This document shows positions 36,308-45,969 of a stretch of 64,000 nt of DNA, one piece after another. A program made the position numbers and the translations under genes. Under the pieces are notes generated by a model, which saw nothing but the letters and a program-made list of their open reading frames with translations, was not told where the DNA came from and searched no databases. This DNA comes from a virus: IMG/VR virus record IMGVR_UViG_3300045051_000081, positions 7,072-71,071 of that record; one strand, 5' to 3'. Numbering within the stretch: position 1 is the first letter of the stretch; every line of letters begins with the position of its first letter.

Positions 36308-37917
36308 CAGATCTCCGTCTTCGCTGGCACCTTGCGCGCGCCCGCAATCTTGGCCAGCCGACCCTGTCCGGTAGCACCCCCAGCCTTGTAGCCCTTGATC
36401 TTGCCGCCGTCCTTCGCCCCAATCTGGAACATGTTCTTGCCAGCGGCACCGGGAACGGCACCCGGCTTGAATCCGGCATTCTGACTGGAGCGTGCGAGCG
36501 ACTGCGTGGACCCGGCGACCGCCTGACCGGCCTTTGTCGCCGCATCCTGCGCGCCTTGTGCCGCTTTCACCGCGTAACCGCCATCAGAGCCAGAAGACGA
36601 TGATGGACCGAGGAGCTTCCCTATCTTCTGCGCTGCACTCACCGCACCCTTCAGACCAAAGCCACCAGACGTATCCGCCGATGAGGGAACAGACGTGCTG
36701 CTGGCTTGCGGCTCGACCTCGTCACCATCCTCATAATGCCTGATGCTACCTCCATCAGCCTTCTTGGACTTCTTGATCATCTTGGCGATGAGCTTCTTGT
36801 CCTCGGCCTCATCGTCATGGGCCTTGCCGCCGTCCTTATATCCGGGACGGGTTGGCCTTCCGCCCGTGAGCGGCACGACCGGCGGACGCGCACCGGCTGC
36901 GCCCGGTCGCTGACCGGGTACGGCACCGGGAGTGAACGGTCTGCGAGGCTGCATTCCTTGCGGGCCAAGTCCGGGCGTTCCTGCAGGACCACCCATCTGG
37001 CGCTTCTTGATCGCGCCACCTTTCTTGAAGGCCCTGCCGCCGATGCCACCACCACCTGTGATGTCCGTAACGGCAGGAGCCGCCAGCGGAGCCGGTTCCG
37101 GCGCTAACGCTGTAGCCGCTCCACCACCACCGCCATCAACACGGTAGGGGCCGGGACCGGGGCCTACATCCACACCCGTATCCATTCCCGCCGGAACACC
37201 AGACCCCATCGAGGATCCGCCGCCACCGCCGCCCCCGAACAGCGCGAGCGGATTGACCGGCGGTCTATCGTCCTCATCGTCCCGACCCGGAGCACGCCCT
37301 CGGGAGGTTATTGGGCCTCCGTTAGCCTTTTTTTTTACGCTGCCGCCGTTGGCGAAGCCCTTTCCCCAGTTGTGATAGGTCGATCCCTTGATCGTGCCGC
37401 CACGAGCCATGCCGGGAGGCCGAGGACCGGGCATCGGCATCGGCATCGGCCCAGCCGCCGCAGGCGGCGGAACGTTAACATTAATCGGTGGCCCACCGGC
37501 TCCGGGCGGCATGGGAGGACGAGCGGCAGGCGGCGGAGGTAGCCCACCGGGAGCGCCGCCCACCGGAACGGGCACGGGGCGCGGCACCGGCACAGGGACC
37601 GGACGCGGAGGAGCCGCAGCACCACCACCCGGAGACGCGATCACAATGTTCGTGGTGGAATGACCCTTACGGCTCTTCTTCTTGCCGCCGCCACCGACAA
37701 ACCCGCCACCAGCGAAGTGGTTGGCCGGTCGATCCGCGCGCTTCTTGGCGGAACCGCCCTCGATGGTCAGTTCACGCGAAGTGCCCGCATTTTTCGAGGG
37801 GTAGCTCGTTTTCTTGTACATCGAACTGGAGCCGAAGGACTTACCGGCTTTCGCGCCCAACGCACTCAGACGACGTTTCTGTGAAGCCTTGGCCTGCGAG
37901 GCATAAGGGTGTGCCAT
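36307..37917 (-). CDS. Low-complexity Gly/Pro/Lys-rich virion protein with about 10 xxGGx motifs
   Basis: Start MAHPYASQ with GGAG SD; motifs include FAGGGFV, MARGGTI, FANGGSV, FKKGGAI and YKDGGKA. Confidence 0.6.
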   Translation of the reverse strand: MAHPYASQAKASQKRRLSALGAKAGKSFGSSSMYKKTSYPSKNAGTSRELTIEGGSAKKRADRPANHFAGGGFVGGGGKKKSRKGHSTTNIVIASPGGGAAAPPRPVPVPVPRPVPVPVGGAPGGLPPPPAARPPMPPGAGGPPINVNVPPPAAAGPMPMPMPGPRPPGMARGGTIKGSTYHNWGKGFANGGSVKKKANGGPITSRGRAPGRDDEDDRPPVNPLALFGGGGGGGSSMGSGVPAGMDTGVDVGPGPGPYRVDGGGGGAATALAPEPAPLAAPAVTDITGGGGIGGRAFKKGGAIKKRQMGGPAGTPGLGPQGMQPRRPFTPGAVPGQRPGAAGARPPVVPLTGGRPTRPGYKDGGKAHDDEAEDKKLIAKMIKKSKKADGGSIRHYEDGDEVEPQASSTSVPSSADTSGGFGLKGAVSAAQKIGKLLGPSSSSGSDGGYAVKAAQGAQDAATKAGQAVAGSTQSLARSSQNAGFKPGAVPGAAGKNMFQIGAKDGGKIKGYKAGGATGQGRLAKIAGARKVPAKTEI

Positions 37918-38157
37918 GGTTATCTCCGCCAACCAACGTAGACGACAAACGGCCAGCCTAGCGCCAACCGCCAAATGCTCCTCCGAAGGTACACGTACCA
38001 GATTCCACGGTTTACATTCTCGATTTTCATGGATATGCCCCGCGCGGGATCACCACTTGCGGCAGCACCACGTAACTGAAAACCCCGTTCCATCGCACGG
38101 CCTTGTCTCTCACCCAGACAATCGGCCCCATGTAACCTACTACCCAAAAATCCAAGA

Positions 38158-40452
38158 TCATATGATCCGGCCCCTCGGCGGCGGAAGCTGCGCCTGCGGC
38201 GGCGCAATCATACTGGGCCACTGCCGCACGAACTGCTCGGCAACAGGAGTGGCCAACGGATGGATCAGCGCGCCTTCCGCAAGATTCATCTGCTCCTGCG
38301 CAAGCTTCTGGCCCTCGATCTTCTCCCGCGAGGCACGCTCTTCGCGGTTGTTGGCGAGCTTCATGTACTCCTTGAGCACACCCATCTTCTCCGAGAGAAT
38401 CTCGATCTGCGCCTTCATCTGGTCGTCTTGCGTCTTCTGCTTGAGTTCGACCATCTTGAACTGGATCTCGGCCATGTCGGCCATGACCTTCGGGTCCATA
38501 CCCGGTTGCTGCTGCTCGTCCTTCTTGGCCATCATGTCATCGACGTTACCCATGCCGACCATGGTCGCCACCCGGCGGATCACGGAGGGGATGTCCCACT
38601 CGTCGGGCTTAAGCTGGACAAGCTGAACCAGAGCCACCGCCTTCATCACACGTATGGTGTGCGACGGCGTGTTTGGGTCCGCTTGGGGCGTGAGGTTACA
38701 TTCCTGTAGCGCCCGCACCAGATCCTCCCGCTCCCAATCACGCGCGGGTGACGGCTTGGCACATAGCAGGCTGTCAGGGTCATCAATGAACAGATCGCGG
38801 AGTAGGGAGAACTCTTCCGCTTGCGCAATGTGCATCCCCTTGTGAACGCTATCCAAGACCTTGACGGCTTGGTCCAGCATGGCAAGCGTCGTGCCGACAG
38901 GAACGTCCTGCCGTCCCTCCCCGACCATCAATTCGGGCGTCCCGCCGACACGACGTGCCTCCTCCTCGATGTGCTGAGTGACTTGAACGAGCCCTGCCGT
39001 CACATCCTTGTAGGGCAGGGGCATCACGTTCTGAGCGATGGGCTGGCCGCCAGTATTGATTCTTACGCCCGAGCCCAGCCCAACGCGGAAGCTCATGGTG
39101 TCTTGGCGGCCCACTGTCTCCGAATAGAGAAATCCCGGCCAAGACGAGAACGCCGCACTGTCTAGCGCGAGCCGCCACGCCGTGGTGATCGCGGCAGTGG
39201 CGTTGCCCATGATGTTCAGCAATCCTATCCCGTAGAAGCCCAGACCCTCTACGAAGGGGTACTTCACGATAGGCATGTGCTTCAGGTACCGCTCGTCGTC
39301 CTGTTTCCAGTTGCGGCGCACCTCAAGGATGGTCTGCGAGTCCTTATCTATGGTGACCCGATAAGGGAGGGGCAGACCGGTGATCTTGGACTTCTCCTTG
39401 TGCTCAAACCCCGCGATGTCCAGTTCGCAGTAGCACTCGTAGATCGTGTGCTTGTAGTCGTCTGGACGCATCGCGTAGGGCGAGAGCCCTGCCACGTCCT
39501 TCTCGGCACGCTCCACCGAGTCCGGGTCGGGTGCGCTCGGTGAGTGGACATCCACATCAAGATACGTTCCGGCAAGCTGCATCCGCTTCAATGTGGATTG
39601 TTGCATATTGATACGATGCGTGACCCGCCCGCAGTCTGACAACGAGACCTCGTTGTCACTGACGATGATGTCATCGGCATCGATGGACTTGGAGACCGGT
39701 CGTCGTCGTATCGGACACCGGTAGACCTTCTTGAAGGCGCAGCCGCCAAAGCCCTGCATGAAGAACATGCGGTTGGTGTCGGGATAGTATTCCCGGTCCA
39801 CCACAGTGAGATACCGGTTGAACAACGCCTCCAGATCCTCCGCGAGGACATCGCTGTCGTCTTGAATCTTGGCTTGCTCGTACTTCTGCTGGCGCGAGGG
39901 GGTGCGGATGGTGGAGGTGTTGTTGATCTTGACCGGCCCGCCCGCCGGGAGAAGCTCACCTCGGGCGTTGGCTTGGAATCTCATCACCGCATCGAGCATG
40001 ATGGGCGAACGGATGGTCGCCTGCCCCTCAACGGCGGTATCGGCGTCTGCACTCGGACTTCGTGGACTTTCTACTTTAAGGGCTAAGTGCTTGATCCCGG
40101 AGGCTCTTCTTTCGATCCAGTCCTGTCTGGACTGCAGATCGGCGTCGATCCCGTTGAGGAGTTCGTCACAGATCCGGGCAAGCTCGTTCTCATCGATGTA
40201 CTCGCCCAGATTGGCGTCGTGAAGCTTGGCCCCAGCCGGGTCGCGGTCCTGCGCCTTACGCCCATCCAACCGGATGATGAGGGAACCGTCCTTCTGCTCA
40301 ATGCCGACTTCCTCGACCGGCTCATCGGCATCCTCCTGAAGAACGATGATCGTCCCCTCCGGGAGCCCCAAAGGGGCCTGACCGGGCAGTGGATCGTCCA
40401 GATTCCGATAGTGCTCGGTGGGGGTCGCGCCGTTCCCGTTGATGACGGCCAT
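38158..40452 (-). CDS. Portal protein (P22-like)
   Basis: 764 aa with SR.DW, FQANARGELLPAGGPVK, FKKVY, GFYGIGL and PVGTTLA; downstream of terL. Confidence 0.85.
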   Translation of the reverse strand: MAVINGNGATPTEHYRNLDDPLPGQAPLGLPEGTIIVLQEDADEPVEEVGIEQKDGSLIIRLDGRKAQDRDPAGAKLHDANLGEYIDENELARICDELLNGIDADLQSRQDWIERRASGIKHLALKVESPRSPSADADTAVEGQATIRSPIMLDAVMRFQANARGELLPAGGPVKINNTSTIRTPSRQQKYEQAKIQDDSDVLAEDLEALFNRYLTVVDREYYPDTNRMFFMQGFGGCAFKKVYRCPIRRRPVSKSIDADDIIVSDNEVSLSDCGRVTHRINMQQSTLKRMQLAGTYLDVDVHSPSAPDPDSVERAEKDVAGLSPYAMRPDDYKHTIYECYCELDIAGFEHKEKSKITGLPLPYRVTIDKDSQTILEVRRNWKQDDERYLKHMPIVKYPFVEGLGFYGIGLLNIMGNATAAITTAWRLALDSAAFSSWPGFLYSETVGRQDTMSFRVGLGSGVRINTGGQPIAQNVMPLPYKDVTAGLVQVTQHIEEEARRVGGTPELMVGEGRQDVPVGTTLAMLDQAVKVLDSVHKGMHIAQAEEFSLLRDLFIDDPDSLLCAKPSPARDWEREDLVRALQECNLTPQADPNTPSHTIRVMKAVALVQLVQLKPDEWDIPSVIRRVATMVGMGNVDDMMAKKDEQQQPGMDPKVMADMAEIQFKMVELKQKTQDDQMKAQIEILSEKMGVLKEYMKLANNREERASREKIEGQKLAQEQMNLAEGALIHPLATPVAEQFVRQWPSMIAPPQAQLPPPRGRII

Positions 40453-40494
40453 AGCTGGTGGCTCCAGAATCGCGAAGCCACAATATCACGTACT

Positions 40495-40809
40495 TCAAGT
40501 AATGGCAGAGCCACCATCGATAGGACGCAGCGGCAGGATCGGCGCAGGCATCCAAGCACGCGGAGCCTTATGCGGTTGCCCCGCATTGGTGCGCCAATCC
40601 CCCAGCGGAGAAAGCGACATCAACTGCAGCCCATCCTCACAGGCGCAGATCAGCATCACGCCTCGGGGCGGCATGATCTCCATGCTGCGCCAGCCGTTGA
40701 GGGCATAATCGATGAACCCCTCATAGATCGCAGCCAGCGCAGCAAGCTGAGACTGGTCATAGGCGCGCTCCGACCAGCGCCTGATGAACTCATCCGCAGT
40801 CTCCTGCAT
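40495..40809 (-). CDS. Hypothetical protein
   Basis: ATG at 40809 is coupled to the upstream stop. Confidence 0.5.
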   Translation of the reverse strand: MQETADEFIRRWSERAYDQSQLAALAAIYEGFIDYALNGWRSMEIMPPRGVMLICACEDGLQLMSLSPLGDWRTNAGQPHKAPRAWMPAPILPLRPIDGGSAIT

Positions 40810-41069
40810 CAGGGGACCGGCAGAACGGGCATAGGTGGTGCGACCTCCGTATAGATCATCTGGAAGATGCTGGTCGCCGTGGTCAGCCAAAGCGCCCGCC
40901 GGTCGGGAGCCCAGAACGCACCCGTCGCCGGTAGCTCCTGCAGTAGCCCCATGATGAAGGGGTGAAGGTCTTCAAGTGAGCCATCACCATTAAGCATCGT
41001 CCCCTCCGGTACCGTCCCGCCGCTTGCGTCCACCGTTGCTACCAGCCTCTTCCGTCCTCTTGGCATCAT
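40809..41069 (-). CDS. Hypothetical protein
   Basis: AGGAGG SD; HPFIMGLLQELP...W.....WL......F.MIY. Confidence 0.55.
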   Translation of the reverse strand: MMPRGRKRLVATVDASGGTVPEGTMLNGDGSLEDLHPFIMGLLQELPATGAFWAPDRRALWLTTATSIFQMIYTEVAPPMPVLPVP

Positions 41070-41613
41070 CTCCTCCTTTGTGGTCGTCTTCTTTGAACAC
41101 CTCGTCCATCACATGCCGCCAGCGCCCGAGGTTGATTAGCTCGACTGGACGACCAGAAGCCTCGGACTCAGAGAGATCGAGCTTGCGCTCAACCCGCTCT
41201 CTGAGTTCCTCCTTGGTTAATTCCCGCGCGGTGATCTCCGGTACAGGCTTTTCCGCCTTGCGAACAAGCGCCATCAGACCCGAGCCATACCCATTCCAAT
41301 CGGCGGGGTTGGACTTCTGCTGGGCGAGTTGCTGGTACTTCGCAAGATCGCTTGGCTGAGTAACCGGAATACTGCCCTTGCTGGCGCACATCAGAAACTC
41401 CATGAAGATACGCAGCTTGGTGATGTGCTCGTTATCCTCGATCTCCCTACGAGAGAGCGTCATCATCTTGTAGTTACCGGGCTCCCCTGCCCTGACCACC
41501 ACCGTATCGGTCATGAACTCGACATAGCTCTCGATCCGTATCCCCTTCCTGCGACCGACCTCGGCCAGCCCCGGAAGAAGCTCGTTCTGAATGCTGGTCA
41601 ACGAGATCGCCAT
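40990..41613 (-). CDS. Protein with a major-capsid-like N-terminus
   Basis: MAISLTSIQNELLPGLAEV versus MCP MAIDLASIKNELFPGLAAV: 14 of 19 identical. Confidence 0.6.
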   Translation of the reverse strand: MAISLTSIQNELLPGLAEVGRRKGIRIESYVEFMTDTVVVRAGEPGNYKMMTLSRREIEDNEHITKLRIFMEFLMCASKGSIPVTQPSDLAKYQQLAQQKSNPADWNGYGSGLMALVRKAEKPVPEITARELTKEELRERVERKLDLSESEASGRPVELINLGRWRHVMDEVFKEDDHKGGDDAKRTEEAGSNGGRKRRDGTGGDDA

Positions 41614-41615
41614 GG

Positions 41616-43280
41616 TCAGCCAAGAGCCGGATAGAGCGCAACCGGTGCTCTCACGTACTTGTTCTCATCGATATGATCGAGTTCGTCTTCGTCTGGCATC
41701 TGCGCCAGACCGAGTAATCTTAGATGCGCCAGAGCCTGTGTCATGGCATCAGCGAGGTCGTCATGCTGGCCTTTCGGCAACTCGGCTAGCTCGGTGATCA
41801 CCTTGTCGGCCCACTCCTTGAAGAGGTAGTCGCCGTTCCCGGTGCCCTCAGCAGGCGCGTATATCAGCCCGCATTCGAACAGGTTCTGCACCGCATAGGC
41901 TCTAGCCACCTTGTCACCCTCAGGATTCACAAGCTGGACGCCGAAGTCCGAGCGATCCTGCGTTTTTGGGTTAAAGCTCAGCAAATCCGAGATATGGCGG
42001 GCTCTACGGCGCAATTCTTGGGCCACCGGGTGCCCTGACGCCTTGTCTTCGATCAAAACGCGGTTCACCTTGAATTTTCGGCAGGTTTCCTCGACTTTTT
42101 TGATCAAATCATAGAGTTCGAGGCGCTCAGCCCACGCCCACATGAGAATAAGCCGTCTATTCTCCCACTGATCGCGACAAACACCCAAAACCACCGCCGC
42201 CGAGGGGTCATTCTGCTTCTTTTCAGTCTGCGCAGTGTCCAGACTCAGTACCGTGTAGCTCATCACCGGCAATTTCGGCCACGGGACACCAAATCGCGGG
42301 CATTCCTCCGCTGTATAGGGCCGCCAGTGTTCCCGCTTGATGATTCCGCCGCCACGCGGGGCAGGCCTCTGCTGATACTGCCCCGCATACGCAAAGCTCC
42401 CCTTCTCCCTCTCGATATTCGCGACTGCTTCGGGTGAGAACCTCTCTGGCCACGCTAAATCTCCGTCCTCCGTTCGCGGATCGACCCACCCAATCGTGTT
42501 GAAGGGCTCGCGACCCGTCTCAAACTCCATCGGCACCATCAAATGACAGTAGGGCCATCCTTGTTCCAAGATGAACCCGGAGATATCAAGCTGATGGACC
42601 CGCTGCATGATGATAATAATGGCACTATCGTCCAGATTATTGAGCCGGTCGGTGATCGTCTCGCGAAACCAGCGCACGGTATCTGTCCTAACGATGTCTG
42701 ACTCGGACTTGTGGACATCGTGAGGGTCATCGATAACGACGCGATCACCTCTTTCTCCAGTACCAATGCCCTTAACGGACGACGCGAACTTGGAGCCCGT
42801 CTTGTCGTTCGTGATTTTGATCTCGCCTTCCTTTTCGAGATTGAATTGGTCACCCCATAGCTCCCTGTACTTGTCGTGCATCACCAGTTTGCGAAATTTG
42901 GTGTTGTCACGCTCGGTCAGACCACTCGAATACGAGAAACTCACGTAGCGCAGGTGCGCCATGCCCATCGGCCCCCACTCCCATGCGGGCCAAAAGACAT
43001 TCACCATGAGGGATTTCATGGATCCGGGAGGGACATTGATGAGAAGTCTCGTGATTTTCCCTAAGGTGACCGCTTCTAGATGCTCACATATGGCGTAGAG
43101 CACCCAGCCTTCGACCAACTTGGTCTCGGGTTCGAGTATGTTCCAGAATCTGCGCACAAAGTCGATCAAACCGCCCGGTCTAGACTGCTTCTTGCGCTCC
43201 CTACGAAGCTCAAGCTCCTCCTGCATGGCCTTAAGCACATCAGGAGCAAGCTCGGGCGCGATATCGACTGCTTCAGTCAT
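41616..43280 (-). CDS. terL: Terminase large subunit
   Basis: Walker A INVPPGSMKS, Walker B VVIDDPH, IMQR, and nuclease motifs SLDTA, IEDKASG and HDDLADA. Confidence 0.95.
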   Translation of the reverse strand: MTEAVDIAPELAPDVLKAMQEELELRRERKKQSRPGGLIDFVRRFWNILEPETKLVEGWVLYAICEHLEAVTLGKITRLLINVPPGSMKSLMVNVFWPAWEWGPMGMAHLRYVSFSYSSGLTERDNTKFRKLVMHDKYRELWGDQFNLEKEGEIKITNDKTGSKFASSVKGIGTGERGDRVVIDDPHDVHKSESDIVRTDTVRWFRETITDRLNNLDDSAIIIIMQRVHQLDISGFILEQGWPYCHLMVPMEFETGREPFNTIGWVDPRTEDGDLAWPERFSPEAVANIEREKGSFAYAGQYQQRPAPRGGGIIKREHWRPYTAEECPRFGVPWPKLPVMSYTVLSLDTAQTEKKQNDPSAAVVLGVCRDQWENRRLILMWAWAERLELYDLIKKVEETCRKFKVNRVLIEDKASGHPVAQELRRRARHISDLLSFNPKTQDRSDFGVQLVNPEGDKVARAYAVQNLFECGLIYAPAEGTGNGDYLFKEWADKVITELAELPKGQHDDLADAMTQALAHLRLLGLAQMPDEDELDHIDENKYVRAPVALYPALG

Positions 43281-43306
43281 CGTGTCTCTCTCGAATCACG
43301 AGGAGA

Positions 43307-44895
43307 TTATGCGCTCTTGAAAGATGGGTTGCTTACGGAAGGTGGCACGCTTACCGCGCCGGGGTTTCTAGGCTGTGATGGCACGCTAATGGCTGCTGGG
43401 TTGCTCTCATCTGATGGCGCACTAGAACACGATGGTGTGCTTTCTAGAGATGGCACGCTAATGCTCTATGGGTAGCTTACCTGACAAGGCGCGCTGTTAC
43501 GCTCTGGGTTGCTGAAGACGTTTGGCACGCTGCTGTCGCTTGGGTTGCTTCGTGCATGATGGCACGCTGGTGACGGTTGGATTACTTGAGATCGGTGGCA
43601 CGCTTGGGCATCTCGGGTTGCTGGTGGAGGTTGGCACACTAATACTCAACGGATTTCTTAGTCGATTCGGCACGCTGTCGAGGGTTGGGTTGCTTGAGAT
43701 TTGTGGCACGCTCTCGCTTGCTGGATTTCTAGTTCTTCTACGACACGCTTCCGGGTTTGGGTTGCTATGGGGCTTGGCACGCTTCGGCGTCTTGGGTTGC
43801 TATCTCCTCTTTGGCACGCTTACGCGCATCGGTGTTCTGTCAGCGTGTGGCCCGCTTGTAGTGCGTGGGTTACTCGTGCGGAACGGCTCGCTTTTTGACC
43901 TTGGGTTACTGGCCTTAACTGGCACGCTGTCCATGTCTGGGTTACTAAACGACATGTGGCACGCTTTTACCCTCCGGGTTGCTATTTTGAAGTGGCGCGC
44001 TCGCCGCATCAGGGTTGCTAGGTGCCGTAGGCGCGCTAGAAGGTGCGGGGTTACTTGACGACGATGGCACGCTGGTTTGAGGTGGGCTGCTCCTCTAGCT
44101 TGGCACGCTGGCCGAATGCGGGTTTCTCGAAGCCGTAGGCACGCTCTACAGTTCCGGTTTTCTCAGTTTACATGGCACGCTGGGACCACTTGGGTTTCTC
44201 TATGACCAATGGCACGCTAGGTAGCGCAGGGTTGCTTGTTTTTGGTAGCACGTTTATGGGTGTCGGATTTCCGGCTCTTAATGGCACGCTGCTTCAACGC
44301 GGTTTACTCCAGCCAAACGGCACGCTGACATTGCAAGGGTTGCTCCGAGATGGTGGCGCGCTATTGGTGCTTGGGTTACTAAGCTTAAGTGGCACGCTCG
44401 TCGCATTTGGGTTGCTACTGTACAAAGGCACGCTCCTTGCGCTTGGGTTACTGAGATAGAATGGCGCGCTCTATTGGCATGGTTTTCTAGTCAGAACTGG
44501 CACGCTTTTGCGCAACGGGTTGCTGGTGTGGGACGGCACGCTACATTCAACTGGGTTACTTGACGAGCTTGGCACGCTGTGGGTTTTTGGATTACTCATC
44601 GCAACTGGCACGCTTGTGGTCTACGGATTGCTCTTGTCGTAGGGCACGCTTCACGTCGTCGGGTTTTTCGTCTTATGCGGCACGCTCGTCGGGATTGGGT
44701 TACTGGTGAAAGTCGGCGCGCTGCTCGATCTTGGGTTGCTCTAAGCCTACTGACGCGCTTGCGGTGAACGGATTGCTTATCAGCCGTGGCACGCTCGTTC
44801 CAGTTGGGTTGCTCGCACTCTGAAGCACGCTTAACGTCTGTGGGTTGCTCAGCTAGAGTGGCACGCTTGCCGTTCATGGGTTGCTTACCACTACG
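43307..44895 (-). repeat. TIGR-type tandem interspaced guide RNA array: 44 units with a 36-nt period
   Basis: The plus strand alternates nGGCACGCT and nGGGTTRCT, separated by unique spacers of about 9 nt (edge repeats at 43343, 43379, 43415 ... 44859). Minus-strand sense is AGCGTGCCA-N9-AGYAACCCA-N9. It lies directly downstream of the Nop-domain gene. Confidence 0.92.
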
Positions 44896-45967
44896 CGGCA
44901 TGTGGCGGCTGACCCATCTTGGCCACCCGATAGGGCGCAGTGACACTTAGCCCTTCTTGCTCGCGCCACTTCACCCAGAGATCCGTGAGGAATTGCTTCA
45001 CCATCACACGGGTGGCATCAGTGTGTATTCTTCCGGGGGTCCAGTGACGCCGTAGATCTTCTTCGGTCCCCACTCCCGCCTTGAGTTGCTTGTGGAGCTT
45101 CTTCCACACCGCAACCGTGACCTTGACCCGCGTAGGATCCGTGGTGACGCGGTGTTTGCGGTCATCGTAGACCTTGCGCCGGATAGGGCATTTGGAGCGT
45201 AAGAATCCGGGGCCGAGAACGCCCATGAGCTTGGTCTTCAGGAACGGGTTATACGTGACACCCATGCGGGTTTTCATCTCACCGTTTTTCGCACGGTAAG
45301 TACGCTCTACGAGGTGCTCTTCCCGGCGTGAGCGTCCCGAGCCTTTGTCCACGTCCAAGCCTGCGTACTTGTGAAAGCTGGAAGCGTGTCGCGCTTTGCG
45401 CGGGTCCAAGTAGGAAATAAGCACGCCGCCCATGGCGGGGCCGACACCGACCACGTCTTTGAGGTAGTTCCGGTAGATCGGGATCTCCATGAGAGTGCCT
45501 TCAAGGTCGCGGAACTGCTTGGCCTCCTGCTTTTCGAGGGCGAGATAGCTCTCCACCAGCGCCAGTTCAGCAGCGGTACTGATAATCGGCGAGCCGGTCA
45601 GGTCCAGCTTCTTCATGAGAACTCTTCCTTTCTTGGAAGTGATCCCATCCGTGAGGCGCTTGTATTCCGCCTTGATGATCTTGATCACCTTCTTCTTGCG
45701 TTTCTCTTCTTTCTTGCGCTCGGCTGCAGCGGCTTCGTCCTCTTCACTCACTTCCTCGACCACATCTTCCACCGCATCTGGATCGATGTCCACGCGAGGA
45801 TCATCAGGCTTGTCGAGGTCCACGGCTTTAAGTCTTGCGCGGAAATTCGCACAGAGGCGTAAACCTGATTGCATGCGTAGTTGCTGGAGATCGTAGGCCC
45901 CGCGCACCATGGCGCGGAGCGTGTTGAGAATATCGGATTCAAAGACCGTGATTGTAGGCGCACCCAT
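44891..45967 (-). CDS. tasA: TIGR-associated Nop-domain RNA-binding protein without a nuclease domain (TasA-type)
   Basis: Coiled-coil LRAMVRGAYDLQQLRM, then IS110/Nop-like LKDVVGVGPAMGGVLIS...SSFHKYAGL, YNPFLKT, VYDDRK and H.DATRVMVKQFL.DLW. No RuvC or HNH motifs seen. Adjacent to the array; AGGAGTCTGAC leader before ATG 45967. Confidence 0.85.
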   Translation of the reverse strand: MGAPTITVFESDILNTLRAMVRGAYDLQQLRMQSGLRLCANFRARLKAVDLDKPDDPRVDIDPDAVEDVVEEVSEEDEAAAAERKKEEKRKKKVIKIIKAEYKRLTDGITSKKGRVLMKKLDLTGSPIISTAAELALVESYLALEKQEAKQFRDLEGTLMEIPIYRNYLKDVVGVGPAMGGVLISYLDPRKARHASSFHKYAGLDVDKGSGRSRREEHLVERTYRAKNGEMKTRMGVTYNPFLKTKLMGVLGPGFLRSKCPIRRKVYDDRKHRVTTDPTRVKVTVAVWKKLHKQLKAGVGTEEDLRRHWTPGRIHTDATRVMVKQFLTDLWVKWREQEGLSVTAPYRVAKMGQPPHAA

Positions 45968-45969
45968 CG

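Noticed and set aside
2596-43064. Numerous plus-strand ORFs opposite the late genes (e.g. 18190-19161, 30224-31486, 11796-12701)
   Set aside because: Antisense shadows of GC-rich coding sequence, with no motifs or SD support.
43307-44895. CRISPR array interpretation
   Set aside because: The repeats are two alternating 9-mers with spacers of about 9 nt, not a single 23-47 nt repeat, and no cas genes were seen.
43080-44946. ORF-track proteins across the array (GTL...GLL 12-aa periodicity)
   Set aside because: These are by-products of the 36-nt period; the frames are broken by 37-nt and 34-nt units and by stops in spacers.
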